A stretch of 64,000 nucleotides of DNA. It comes from Octopus sinensis. Its lineage: Eukaryota. The notes under the pieces were generated by a model. That model did not search any database, was not told the DNA's origin, and saw only the letters and a list, made by a program, of their open reading frames with translations. Shown piece after piece: positions 42,086 to 54,172 of this stretch (within the stretch, counting starts at the first letter, position 1; each line of letters opens with the position of its first letter). The stretch is from the NCBI RefSeq assembly GCF_006345805.1, contig NC_043012.1, positions 48,298,001 through 48,362,000 of the forward strand, read 5' to 3'. Both the position numbers and the translations under genes were made by a program.

Positions 42086-42316
42086 ATTCCTTTACTACCC
42101 ACAAGGGGCTAAACACACAGAGGACAAACAAGGACAGACAAACGGATTAAGTCGATTATATCGACCCCAGTGCGTAACTGGTACTTAATTTATCGACCCG
42201 GAAAGGATGAAAGGCAAAGTCAACCTCGGCGGAATTTGAACTCAGAACGTAGCGGCAGACGAAATACCGCTAAGCATTTCGCCTGCCGCACTAACGTTTT
42301 TGCCAGCACGCCGCCA
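42086..42316 (-). mobile_element. SINE family B, young copy
   Basis: Near-identical to 37572-37800 in reverse; inserted in (CATA)n. Confidence 0.9.
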
Positions 42317-42854
42317 TACATACACACATACATACATGCATACATACATACATACATACATACATACATACATACATACATACATACATACATACATACA
42401 TACATACATAGAAATTGAAGAAACCGTAATTACAAAACTCATTTCTCTTGGAGTTATGAATTGAATAGTGATCTATTTATCTGCTAAGATGCGAAACAAA
42501 ATCCCGCTGTTGGCTATATGAATCGATTGAATTCATATTGGGAGGATCTGCAGCCTAAACTAAATCATTTTACTACTACGTCAACATGCAACAATTTTAG
42601 GACATAGGAACAAGATTAGTAACTGTAACTTTATTAAAAAATCGAAATTTAATTTTCTTCCAAACTCTATGAACAAAAAAAGAAAACGTGAATTATGCGA
42701 GACCACCACGTGATTTCGCAGATAGCGACATTCCAACAGATTCCATAGCGCCTGCCAGCCAAACTACATTACTGGCTAAAGTAACTGACCACTGTCCCCC
42801 TAATACGACTATGGTAAATGGTAGGCACAACCGCAACGATTATTGTAGTAGTAT

Positions 42855-42888
<34 letters not shown>

Positions 42889-42959
42889 TACTGTTGTTGT
42901 ATTCAATAAAACAGAGACCCACAATGTGTTTGTGGAGCCAGTACTCTTACCAATATTTA

Positions 42960-43990
42960 GTCTGCTTGATTGGGTGCTTGATGAGATCTGAGCCATTAAT
43001 GTGAACATCCGGAAAATACTAACAACCACACATCATTTCCACATAAACAGCGACGTAGACCGCCTCTGTCTAAAATGTAAACAAGGTGGCTGGGGCTTAA
43101 CATCAATCCAAACTGCCTTTGAATGTCGTATCATATCCTTTCGGCAACCACCAAGTGTCGAAGTGCATCCCTTGACCAAGTTTGGACACATGAGGCTGAT
43201 AAAATCATAAGTCTTGGAAGGCAGCTCCTTGAGCAACACTCTTTGTCTGATAACGTGGTATACATGCCCAAAGAAGTCGCACGACTCTAACACCACGTAT
43301 CATCAGATGAAAGAATGAAGATATTTGAGCAGAAGACTTTGCATGGATATGTTAGTAGAAAGCTCCGAGATGATAGTAACGTTGATCATCAAAGCAATCT
43401 ATCATGGACCAATAACCGGATTACTATCTTCCACACTGAAGAGAGTGCGTTTGAAATCCAGGAACAAGAAATATCAATCAAATACCTGATACACAAAAGG
43501 AATAGAGGTGCAGGAAAAGTAGTAAAATGTAGCAATCGATGCAGACCTTGTGAAGATAACACAGATTATATTACCTACATCATAATCAGTTGCATGATGA
43601 GACATGATGTTGTAGCTAGGACACTCTATAGTGAAATCAGTAGGAAGGTTAAACTCGAGGAACAAGAATTAAGAACCCACAGTATGGCAGAAGCCATAGC
43701 CACGCATAAGAGGATGTTAATATAAAGCTGAAGATCAGTGAGAAAGAGAATGCCTACGTTGGACTATTGCAAAATCTGCAGTTACTCTATCCAGATTACA
43801 AGTTGAGGTTTATACTTGTAATTTTTGGGGCCCCGGTATTTATAACACACTGCTTAAATACCCATCTCGAGAAATTAGGCTTCTCAAAACCAGAAAGGAG
43901 AAAGCTAATTCGAAGACTGCAGATCCAATCTAACAATGGATCTGTAAAAAAAAAAAGAGCTCTAAAACTTTGCGAAAGTTTATCATTTAA
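42960..43990 (+). mobile_element. Decayed R4/Dong-type LINE (RT C-terminus to endonuclease, internally deleted)
   Basis: NSDVDRLCL...GGWGL; KTLHGY; IQEQEI; CRPC...IISC..RHDVVA; C-terminal ILVIFGA...LQIQ. Confidence 0.85.
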
Positions 43991-44356
43991 ATATATATGA
44001 GCATGTTTAGATATGCAAATATATGCATGAGAATACATTAATAAAATAAAATATACAAATCTGCAAATATACATACATAGACGCGTACATACATACGTAC
44101 TTATATACATACATGCATACATACATGCATAGATATATATATCTGTCTATCTCTGTATGTATCTATCTATCGAATCTATCTGTCTAATTACACCATCCCA
44201 ATACGCACACATACATATACATACATACATACATACATATATATGTGTATGTATATATACATATACGTATATATATAATGAATAATAAAACAAATGGTTT
44301 ACACCTGGTAGCTCCCGTCTTTCATTTGCCATATATATGTATATAAACAGATAGAC

Positions 44357-44406
<50 letters not shown>

Positions 44407-44410
<4 letters not shown>

Positions 44411-45120
44411 CACAACATGGGACAAGAACGCAAAACATCCGGACAGCTAGGTGATACAAAAAGGGACAAAAAAACGTCCAGATAGACGATACAAAGAAAA
44501 CAAGGACAGGTCATTCGAAGCCCTCTATCCTCAGTCAAGCACCAGATTATCCTCACAATTTCGGCTGATTATTCTTGAGATTGCTCCAAACTGGCCAGCC
44601 CCAACGAAAAACTAAGCTAAGAGCATTAGATTCCTTGGGAGAAAGCAACGAATTTATACAAAAACAAGGACAGGAAAAACGGAAAAAGTTACGCAAATAT
44701 GAATACAATAATAAATACAATTAAAAAAATAACAGGACATAACAACAGGTGTCTTTCGACTAAGGATTAATTGAATTAAGCTGGCACGTGTGGAAATGCA
44801 GCCTTACGGCAGAGATATGAGAGCTTCATAAACACATGGAAGAATATTGGTGTTGCACAGACAGAGGTCAGACCAAGAAAGAAAGAACAGGCTAGGCTGA
44901 CCGCGCGGTCACGTGGGAAGAGAAGAGAGAGAACTAAAAGCAGAGGGACAAAAGAATTAAGGTGGGGGCGGGAAAAAAGGACAGGGACACAGTGAAGTGA
45001 AAAGTGGAGGGAAAATGAAAAGGCAAAGAAATGTGAGAGAGGGGGAACTAAAGAACGAAGAGTGGAATGAACGAATAAGCGTGAAAGAGCTGATAGACAG
45101 ACAGAAATTGAGTCGTTCAA
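44407..45120. mobile_element. Unclassified insertion between (TG)n and (TA)n
   Basis: Complex non-coding sequence sharply bounded by microsatellites; shares aaaacacaac and cgcggtcac with 32152-32368. Confidence 0.4.
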
Positions 45121-45135
45121 CATTTAGAAATATAT

Positions 45136-45227
<92 letters not shown>

Positions 45228-45311
45228 TGTACATATATTCATACTTTCATATAAATATGGCTATGTATGCATATATATGTATGTGTCTATGTATGTATTA
45301 TATATGTATAC

Positions 45312-45344
<33 letters not shown>

Positions 45345-45361
45345 ATATAATATATATATAT

Positions 45362-45950
45362 AAACATAGTAAATAGGGTAATAAAAAAAGACGAAACTGC
45401 AGTACAAGATGAGCTGAGTTTGTAAACGTTTTTGATTTTCATTTCATTGAATTTATCCCCTTTTTGTGTATCTAGTACTTGCTTCTTCTTTTAGAGGCCT
45501 TTTAATGTACTTATATATGAATAACATATAGTCTAATGACTAATTTGTCTTTTGTGCTAGATCACTGGTAATAATAAATTATTTTATTACCCTATTTACT
45601 ATGTTTGCATATTGTTCGATAAATTTGCTCGTAGACCTTCTACCGGCATCCTCTCTGTTCGCCGGGTATGTTTTGCGTCTGCGCACTGGTCTGAAAAGTT
45701 AGAGAATGCAGGTCGTTAGAATCGCACATGCTTCTAACGATATGTACTTCTAGGATGACAAAGGCTGCTTGCTGATGAGTCTAGCCTTGGCAGATAAATT
45801 ATATTCATCTGCTAAAAAAAAGACGGAACTGTAGTACAAGATGAGCTGAGTTTGTAAACGTTTTTGATTTTCATTTCATGAATTTATCCCCTTTTTGTGT
45901 ATCTAGTACTCGCTTCTTCTTTTAGAGGCCTTTTAATGTACTTATATATA
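45362..45950 (+). mobile_element. Hammerhead-containing partial-tandem element (retrozyme or Penelope pLTR-like) in (TA)n
   Basis: ~135-bp direct repeat (45383-45518 and 45814-45948, offset 432 bp); 25-bp inverted copy at 45362-45386 of 45582-45606; HHR at the repeat junction. Confidence 0.85.
45768..45840 (+). ncRNA. Type I hammerhead ribozyme with extended stem II (core GAAA mutated to GGAA)
   Basis: CTTG-CTGATGA-GTCT-[ttggcagat...atctgctaa hairpin]-AGAC-GGAA-CTGTA-GTA-CAAG. The upstream repeat copy keeps the canonical AGAC-GAAA-CTGCA-GTA-CAAG (45389-45408). Confidence 0.85.
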
Positions 45951-47794
45951 TATATACATGACACTACATAATTATTGTCAAGTGACTGACGATTGCTACG
46001 GTCTGATAATAGAATCACGATGAAAAGAATTTGTCATGTATCTATCTCGTTTCAAATTACGGTGATCGTAAACCGTGTTTTGCGAAAATCGAACACTGTG
46101 AGAGAAATCCTGTTTAAATAAACCGAATACTGTGCAAAATGTATTGAATACTCTCTTCGTTATTCGTCGACAAAATCTATAGTTTAAACTTACCCAATAC
46201 ATGCGCGCGTCTGCGTGTTTGTTACGTGTTTGTTTGCGTCTACTTGTGTAAATGTGTCTGAGTGTCTGCAGTCAGTATACATCAGCGAGGAAATCAGAAA
46301 AAAAAAATTAGTTTTGGAGCAAAATTCTTTGCGATATTTGGTCTGAACAGAAACTTCCTTATTTACCCTTCAGAAATGTAATGAACCAATAATTGTGCCA
46401 TTAGAGACATACAACCAACAATTCTATTGTTCTCAAATTGTTATACACAATAAAAGGAAGAAGACTAAAATGGTTTCATTCGTGGTTGTTGTTGGCAAAA
46501 TTCGATCCAGAGAATGGAATTAATGAAATACAATAGTTCAAAGGATGCAACAATTAAACCCTGGCTTCTTTTAGCTTTCTGTGGTTGAGTCAAATGTCTT
46601 CTCTTGCATATGACGCTAATAAACTCTGTAAATAACTATTCTATGTAGGATTGGAAGTTATTCTCCATTTAGGTAAACCGAATAAAAGTAAAAAGAAGTG
46701 TCTCGCCTCGAGTGACAACGAAGCGCCTTCAAATGACTTGCTGATCAGCATATTGTGAGCAGTGTGAGTAACAATCCCTGTTGGAAGCCATTTCTATACT
46801 ACATCAGTTCTTGCCTATGTCATCCAAAGGACACTCATATAAATTCTAGTTGTGGATAGTAATTGTGGTTGCATTGGCTCAAAGAACGAAATATATTTAT
46901 ATAGTCTTCTTTTTCTGATTATTATCATGGGAAAACGATTGCTGCTCTAACCTCCTGCGGCATTCAGAATTGGAGAGACGAGAATATAATGGAACGGCTT
47001 TGAAGGATTTCATTTCAAGTACTTCCTTGCCTGTGGTGCTTTAAAATGTCTATCAAATGAATTGTAACCTTGGTAATGTGAGATGTGAAACCTACATCTT
47101 CGGATAATGTAATGTCTACCTACAGGTAGAAAGAAGAGGAGTGGCTTTAGTTAACGAACTGTCTGGGTGTAGTTTATTGACTGAATGTTAAATAAAAGAA
47201 TGAGTCCTTCTGATGGGAGCGAGAGCAATAACCATGAAAGTTTTGTTTGTTAGGGAGGAATTGAGGTAAAAGAAACTATTTCTAAATACCTTATTTATCT
47301 GAAATTTATAAATAGGACCAATTGATTTTTATTTTTTTATTTTTTTTTATCCCTATCAGAAAATACGATTCATATTCTCGGTAATAAAATGGGGTGGATT
47401 CTTCTTTCTATCTTTACATCCATAAGAGGAATTAAGTTCAGCCCTGCAGGCTAAGGAAACATTTGACAATTCGTGAATACGCGAATTTGTTGTTAAATAT
47501 AGTTTACAAGTGTGTCAGGAAACCGATTTTAACTGAACGACGGGATATAAAGAATGTATCAAAAGTTTTAGAACAGTATGAGGTTTTGTTGCTGGTTTAG
47601 GTTTGCATATTTAACCCTGTTGACATACGAGATGACAGAGGTAGGTTGACATTTAAAAAACGGGGAGAGAGGGTAAGAGAGGCTGAGAGAGATGCATACT
47701 GACAGACAGGCAGAAATATATACATATAAGCAAATGGATAGATAAATAGATAGAAATGATAGACAGTGAGGCAGTTAGACAGACAGACAGATAG

Positions 47795-47891
<97 letters not shown>

Positions 47892-47892
47892 T

Positions 47893-47999
47893 GTAGCTTG
47901 CTTTCCAGCCACATGGTTCCGGGTTCAGTCTACTATAGCCTCGGGCTGACCAGAGCCCTCTGAGTGGATTTGGTTGGCGGAAACTGAAAGAAGCCCGTC

Positions 48000-48059
<60 letters not shown>

Positions 48060-48066
48060 GTATATG

Positions 48067-48105
<39 letters not shown>

Positions 48106-48312
48106 ACAGTATCTGTGTTTGTTGCCCCACCATCGCTTGACAATCGATGTTGCTATATTTACATCCCTGTAACTTAACGGTTCGGCAAAAGAGACCGATA
48201 GAATAAGTACTAGGCTTACAAAGAATAAGTCCTGGGGTCGATTTGCTCAACTATAGGCGGTGTTCCAGCATAGCCACAGTCAAATGACTGAAACAAGTAA
48301 AAGAGTAACAGA
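47893..48312 (+). mobile_element. SINE family A, missing part of the head and CORE-like segment
   Basis: Matches 7770-8218; the internal microsatellite here is (TA)n(TG)n. Confidence 0.88.
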
Positions 48313-48318
48313 GTACTT

Positions 48319-48910
48319 GTATGAAGTAATACCAAAAGGTTCCAGGACTAGTTATGTTTAATAAGTAAAAAAAACTTATTTCCTTAAGTTTTAGCATCAT
48401 CTCCTTCGCAATAATCAGCTTGCGCAAAAATGCACCGGTTCCAGCATTCCTGACACTTTTGGAATCCTACTTGACCATGGTGTTAAAACGGCGACTTTTG
48501 AACTGCATTTTCATGTTGGGGAAAAGATGGAAGTGAGAGGACGCTAAATCTGGTAAATAGGGTGGCTGTGGAAGCGATACCATGTTGTTTTTAGCAAGAA
48601 ACTAACTAGTGAGAAGGGCTCGGTAACAGGGTGCATTGGCATCGTGAAGGATTCAATTCTTCGCACTCCGCAGATCCGGTCACTTTCACCGCATATCCTC
48701 TCTCGAATGTTTCATAACGTCGAAATAGAACTCTCGATTAACGGTCGGACCCTGGCGAACAAACTCTCGATGCACAATACCACATTTTCGGGTGTGACAC
48801 TCGTGGCGTGTCTTCCAGATCGCTCATCGTCTTTCAGGGACTTTCTTCCGTTTTTTAAGCACCCATGCCACTCGAAACATTGCATACAACCCATTGCCTC
48901 GTCACAATGC
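48319..48910 (-). mobile_element. Decayed, internally deleted mariner transposon
   Basis: QCFEWHGCLKNGRKSLKDDERSGRH; ILHDANAPC...QPPYLPDLASSHFHLFPNMK; TIR-like end near 48319-48350. Confidence 0.85.
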
Positions 48911-48932
48911 CAAATACAAATGTATAATTATT

Positions 48933-49053
48933 TACATTATTTACATTTGACGGATATTTGTCCTCATCTTGTTTGTTGTTAACACAGAATTTCGGCTGAT
49001 ATACTCTCCAGCCTTCATCAGGTGTATTGGGGAAATTTCGAACCTGGGTTATA

Positions 49054-49097
<44 letters not shown>

Positions 49098-49180
49098 CAT
49101 TATTATTATTATTATCATTATCATCATCATTATCATCATCATCATCATCATCATCATCATTATCATCATCATTATTATTA

Positions 49181-49245
<65 letters not shown>

Positions 49246-49301
49246 TAGGTCACTGCCTAGAATCGAACTCGGAATCTTGGGGTTAGTAACTCACGCTCTT
49301 A
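48933..49301 (-). mobile_element. Composite of tRNA-like head, (AAT/GAT)n linker and hammerhead-containing tail
   Basis: Head 49247-49301 with B box GTTCGATTC; linker 49051-49246; tail 48933-49050, which recurs at 62054-62167. Confidence 0.6.
48982..49025 (-). ncRNA. Minimal type I hammerhead ribozyme, stem III degenerate
   Basis: ACAC-CTGATGA-a-GGCTG-gagagtatat-CAGCC-GAAA-ttct-GTGT: perfect stems I and II around an intact core. Confidence 0.75.
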
Positions 49302-49370
49302 GTCTGCTTGCTGTTGACAGCTGACACTTTCCATCATACCCAGCGAAATGAACAACATTTGTTTTCATCA

Positions 49371-49430
<60 letters not shown>

Positions 49431-49432
<2 letters not shown>

Positions 49433-49488
49433 CATCGAAAAATACATTAGAAATGAGAACTCAGGGGTTCGAAAGTTCCCCAAGACTT
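49431..49488 (+). mobile_element. Truncated fragment of the same HHR-tail family, in opposite orientation
   Basis: gaactcaggggttcgaaagttccccaagac matches the minus-strand aacccaggttcgaaatttccccaatac at 49024-49050; also preceded by (AAT)n. Confidence 0.65.
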
Positions 49489-49977
49489 AAATATAGAAGT
49501 GTATTACAAATATACAAATACATTAAAGTATATTTATTTTTTGGGGGGAGTCCTACGTAACTTATCACATTTCCATCACTGTCTCTCTAAAGAGAAGGAA
49601 ACGAGACTAGTCTTGTAAGAGTCATTATTTTAATAATGTTTATTGTTGGCAAAAGATATGTTCAGAAATTGTCTGTTTAAACAGATGGTGAAGTTTTATT
49701 TGTTTGCCAATTTTCCAAATCTTAAAAACATGCCCCATTAATAACTGACATCTATATTATTTGTTTTAGTTAGTTATTAGTGTATAAAAAAATAATATCA
49801 TTCAAGTCTTCCAAAAGTCGACTGTATCTAGTTTAAGAACTTAAGACCCGAAAACTGTCCGTTTTTACATGTACTGTTGTTTTGCTCTTTATATAAGATA
49901 CTTTTTTATCTTTTCCCTTTAATCGTTTTCAGAGTTAATTTTTATTCCATGAGTATTTGTATAACCATTTTTATCTT

Positions 49978-50011
<34 letters not shown>

Positions 50012-50680
50012 CAGCAGCAGCAGCAGTAGTTGTAGTAGCGGCTGTTGCTGATGTTGTAACTTATTGTTGTCCACCGCTATCTGAATTAACATATGATGTT
50101 TCGCGGTTTGCCTAGTTTTCTATAATTTGGATGACATTCCGTCTCTCAGATACGTTTATATCAAGAGATCGAAATATATTTTGCTATTTAAATCCACGTG
50201 AAAAAAAAATTCAAAGAAATATAATTCTGTGGTAGGAAAAGATAAGTAAACTGAGAAGAGAAATTTCCGTTATAAATTTCTTCTAGCGAAATTGGAATGA
50301 ATCTTGTAGAGATAGTTATCTGCCCGCTGTTTCGATAGATACCTTCAGATAACTTTGTGTTACCATATTGCCTTCTACTAAACGAGGTGTTATATTACTG
50401 CAGTTCACTCAGAAATATCACTTTGATTATCACACGAAGGTGCGGTATGGCATGGTTGAGTATTGTGTGGGAATAGTGAAGTGTGATAAGGCGTGGTAAG
50501 TGGTGGTGGGGGGACAAATTATAATCATAACAACTGCAACCTCTTTAAGGAATTGGCCAACTTTGAACGTCGATCATATGAAGTATTAAAAACAGGCGTA
50601 TGCAAATATATGTATATATGTGTGTGTAAGCATGCCCATATATATGTATTCATACACACGCATGTATATATGCATGTAGG

Positions 50681-50729
<49 letters not shown>

Positions 50730-52102
50730 CACGCACATATATATATCTAATGGAGTATGTGTTTGTATCTGTATAAACACTCACACAAATATATACTTCC
50801 TCATATACAATGGTGTGTGTTTCTATGTAACGTATTTATGCGCACATATGCATAAATACGTATACATACATATATACATATATACATACATACATACATA
50901 TATATATTATATATTATATATATATATGTTTTTATATATATGCAAATATATACACATATATATATACAAACAAACACACAAATACACACACACATATATG
51001 TGTGTGTGTGTGTGTATGTATGTAGCTATGTATGTATCTATATATGCATACAGACATGTGTACGTCGGTGTGTTCGTTTTGATGTTAAGAAATGTTTTAT
51101 CTTTCTGTGTGTACTTCCTCTTTAAAAATCTATCTTTATCGCCATCTTGTTACATCTATTATGGTTATTGTCGTTCTTACCGGATTTTTTTCGTGTGTGT
51201 TTGTGTGCTTGTGGTTTCTGTGTGAGTGTGTGTGTTTTGTATCCTTTGTTTGTCTCTATTCATTGTTTGTGTGTGTTCATTGTTAGCGTATGAGGCCGAG
51301 GTTGAAGCGTCGCTGTTTGTATTTTTATTGTTGTTTAACACCATAATGTCAACAATGTTGAGCAGGCTTACAATCGAGCAAAGTTGCTCCAAATATGACC
51401 ATATAGCTTTGGCTATATGGTCATACATGGTTAGTGTTGGCTAACGGTGGCTATCGGTGGTCATAGTGGTGATTGAAGGGGGAGATGCTAACCACTGTGG
51501 TGGTGGTTGTGGTGGTGGTGGTGATTTTCGTCGTCGTCGTGATCGTGGTGGTGATCATGTTGGTGGTCGTCGTCTTCGTCGTCGTTTTGAGGGTTGCGGC
51601 AGTCGTAGTGGTGGTGGTGGTTGTGGTGTTGGTGGTGTTGGTGGTGTTTGTGGCGCTGGTGGTGATGTTGACGAGGGGGGTAAGGGATGTCTGCGAGCTT
51701 TGTAAAATGTAGCAGTTGCCATATCTAATCTATCTAAGATTTTTCTTTTCTTTTTATAACTTTATAAAATTTATCACTTCGTTGAAGAAAAAAGATAGTC
51801 ATATGAACGCTGGCTCCTTTTAATGATATAATGACGTCAAAATTATTTTCATCGACAGTTTTAAGGGGCGGGGTTCCAGTTCTTGTCTTTGTTAGTTTCA
51901 GAACTTCTGACATAAACTACTTTCTCTGAAATACTAAGGGCTGACACCAACCAATGAGATATTTCCGAGTGAACTTCTCCGCCAGTCTCGTTGGACGTAA
52001 TTTTTATGGATTCCCCACTTTCAGCCAATTGTTTTCATTACTTGTTCACCTTTCACATACAGTATTCTCTATCATATTCTTGAAGAGTATTCTGTGATTA
52101 CC

Positions 52103-52507
52103 TATTTCTTTACTGCCCACAAGGGGCTACACACAGAGGGGACAAAGAAGGACAGACAAACGGATTAAGTCGATTATATCGACCCCAGTGCGTAACTGGT
52201 ACTTATTTAATCGACCCCGAAAGGATGAAAGGCAAAGTCGACCTCGGCGGAATTTGAACTCATACGAAATACATATTTCTTTACTACCCACAAGGGGCTA
52301 AACACAGAGAGGAAAAACAAGGACAGACAAACGGATTAAGTCGATTATATCGACCCCAGTGCGTAACTGGTACTTAATTTACTCGACCCCGAAAGGATGA
52401 AAGGCAAAGTCGACCTCGGCGGAATTTGAACTCAGAACGTAGCGGCAGACGAAATACTGCTGGGCATTTCGCCCAACGTGCTAACGATTCTACCAGCTCG
52501 CCGCATT
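52103..52507 (-). mobile_element. SINE family B tandem dimer (full copy plus 5'-truncated copy) within one 13-bp TSD
   Basis: Copies at 52275-52504 and 52103-52262; TSD ttctgtgattacc at 52090-52102 and 52508-52520. Confidence 0.9.
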
Positions 52508-52679
52508 TTCTGTGATTACCGTATCGCAAATAACAGTGTAACACTAAGAATGAAACAACAGAGAAATGAAATATAAGCTAATTCGAAGGCTGTCCTTGGT
52601 AGTAATAATAACACAATAATGATAATTATATGTGCTACTTGCTCTCGTCTAGCCCGTACATGCTGGCTTTTGGGTTACA

Positions 52680-53061
52680 GTTGCGAACGTTGGAACAGTT
52701 GATTGCAAGTTGAGTGATGAAGCAGTTTTGCATGCATTTGCTTAGTATTCGAGCATTGCTGACTTGTAGAGTTATGTTGAAAAGTTCCTCTTATGTGTCA
52801 GACGGGTCCATTTGTTAGTAATTTGTCAGATTCTAAACTCCTAGAGACTTATAACTCCCTCCTCCTTTCGATGATTTTTCATGTGTGGCCTTCTAGTAAT
52901 TGGATGCCTGTTGTCTACATGTCCCCTTCTCATGAGTAACATTGCGCATTTAGCTATGCCAACTTTCAAGCCTATATCTTTGCGGAACAGTCTATCTCTT
53001 TTTCATTCTTACTAACAAGTTTCATATCCATGGAGAGAAAATGGTTAATTTTCCCCTCATT
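52680..53061 (-). mobile_element. R4/Dong-type reverse transcriptase fragment
   Basis: GKINHFLSMDMKLVSKNEKE (INHLLFMDDLKL motif), KDIGLKVGIAKCA, YKSLGV. Confidence 0.75.
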
Positions 53062-53152
53062 TATTATTATTAATATTATTATTATTATCATTATTATTAT
53101 TATTATTGTTATTATTTATTGATTGATTGATTGATTTATTGATTGATTTATT

Positions 53153-53624
53153 GAGAGAAAGAGTAATGCATGCCCTCAAAGTGACACTGAGTTAAAATAT
53201 AAGAAGCCCAGTATACGCATCATGACTACCTGTCTGATAAGGGTACACCAGGTATATGCATCATAACCACATGTGCGCGACATGGTGATCTCATATCGAG
53301 ATTAACAGCGCATGACCTTGCAGGTGGGGCCCAGATCAGTTAGAATTTTCTTCAGGTCGAGTAGCCCATCCTGCTCAAAAGGTGCCCGATTAAGGCTTTT
53401 TTAAGCATGTTGAACGAAACACCCATGTTTCCAGAGGTGAATTATAGAAGCCACAAAGGATTCCTTTCGACACATGGCTATGATGCCCACTCTCACTACT
53501 TCTGCTCGCCATCGGGGATGCACATATCGTCAGCCATTAAGGCACATGTTCAGCTGGTTAAGGTCAAACAATTGATAAGCAAATCTGTGGGGTTGGGCAT
53601 AATATTTGCTGTAGCCCATCTTTT
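53153..53624 (-). mobile_element. Family D retroposon, older 5'-truncated copy
   Basis: Colinear with 25008-25475; (TTA)n-rich flanks. Confidence 0.85.
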
Positions 53625-53879
53625 ATTATTATTATTGTTGTTGTTGTTGTCGTCGTTATTATTACTGTTGCTGTTGTTATAGCAGCTGCTGCTTTCGTTG
53701 TTGATTTTGTTATTGTTGCTGTTTACTTTTAATCTGCATGCTTGATGCCATCACTTGCCGGGAGACAGTCAACGCCCTAAAGCAAGAGAAGGTTTGGAGA
53801 TGCTGAAATATAAGTAAAAGCTTCTCGAGGGGAAGTGGTGAGGCAGCAGAGAATTACCTCCATATAATGCAACACAATC

Positions 53880-54125
53880 ATTTAAATTGATAGGGTCTTT
53901 TCTGAGGATATGGATAGCACTTATCACATGAATCTTTTGCATTTCCTTGAGACAAAGTTCGCTTGGGACGTTTTCTAAATATATCTGACTCCCATTCTTA
54001 TCATACCTAGGGCACCTTCAATAACAGGAACGGTTTTTGCTTTAAGATTCCACATATTTTGTATTTCAATTTCCAGGTCCTTATAGTTCCTAATTTTGAC
54101 AAAATCCTTTGCAGATATACTTTTT
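53880..54125 (-). mobile_element. R4/Dong-type LINE C-terminal fragment
   Basis: YKDLEIEIQNMWNLKAKTVPVIEGALGMI...EMQKI...AIHILRK. Confidence 0.85.
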
Positions 54126-54172
54126 ATGTTGTTGTCGTTGTTGTTGCTGCTGCTGCTTTGTTTGTTTGTTTT

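Noticed and set aside
44515-44605. Possible permuted (type II) hammerhead on the minus strand: CAGCC-GAAA...ATC...CTGAGGA
   Set aside because: Stem I is barely paired and stem II is not adjacent to the core.
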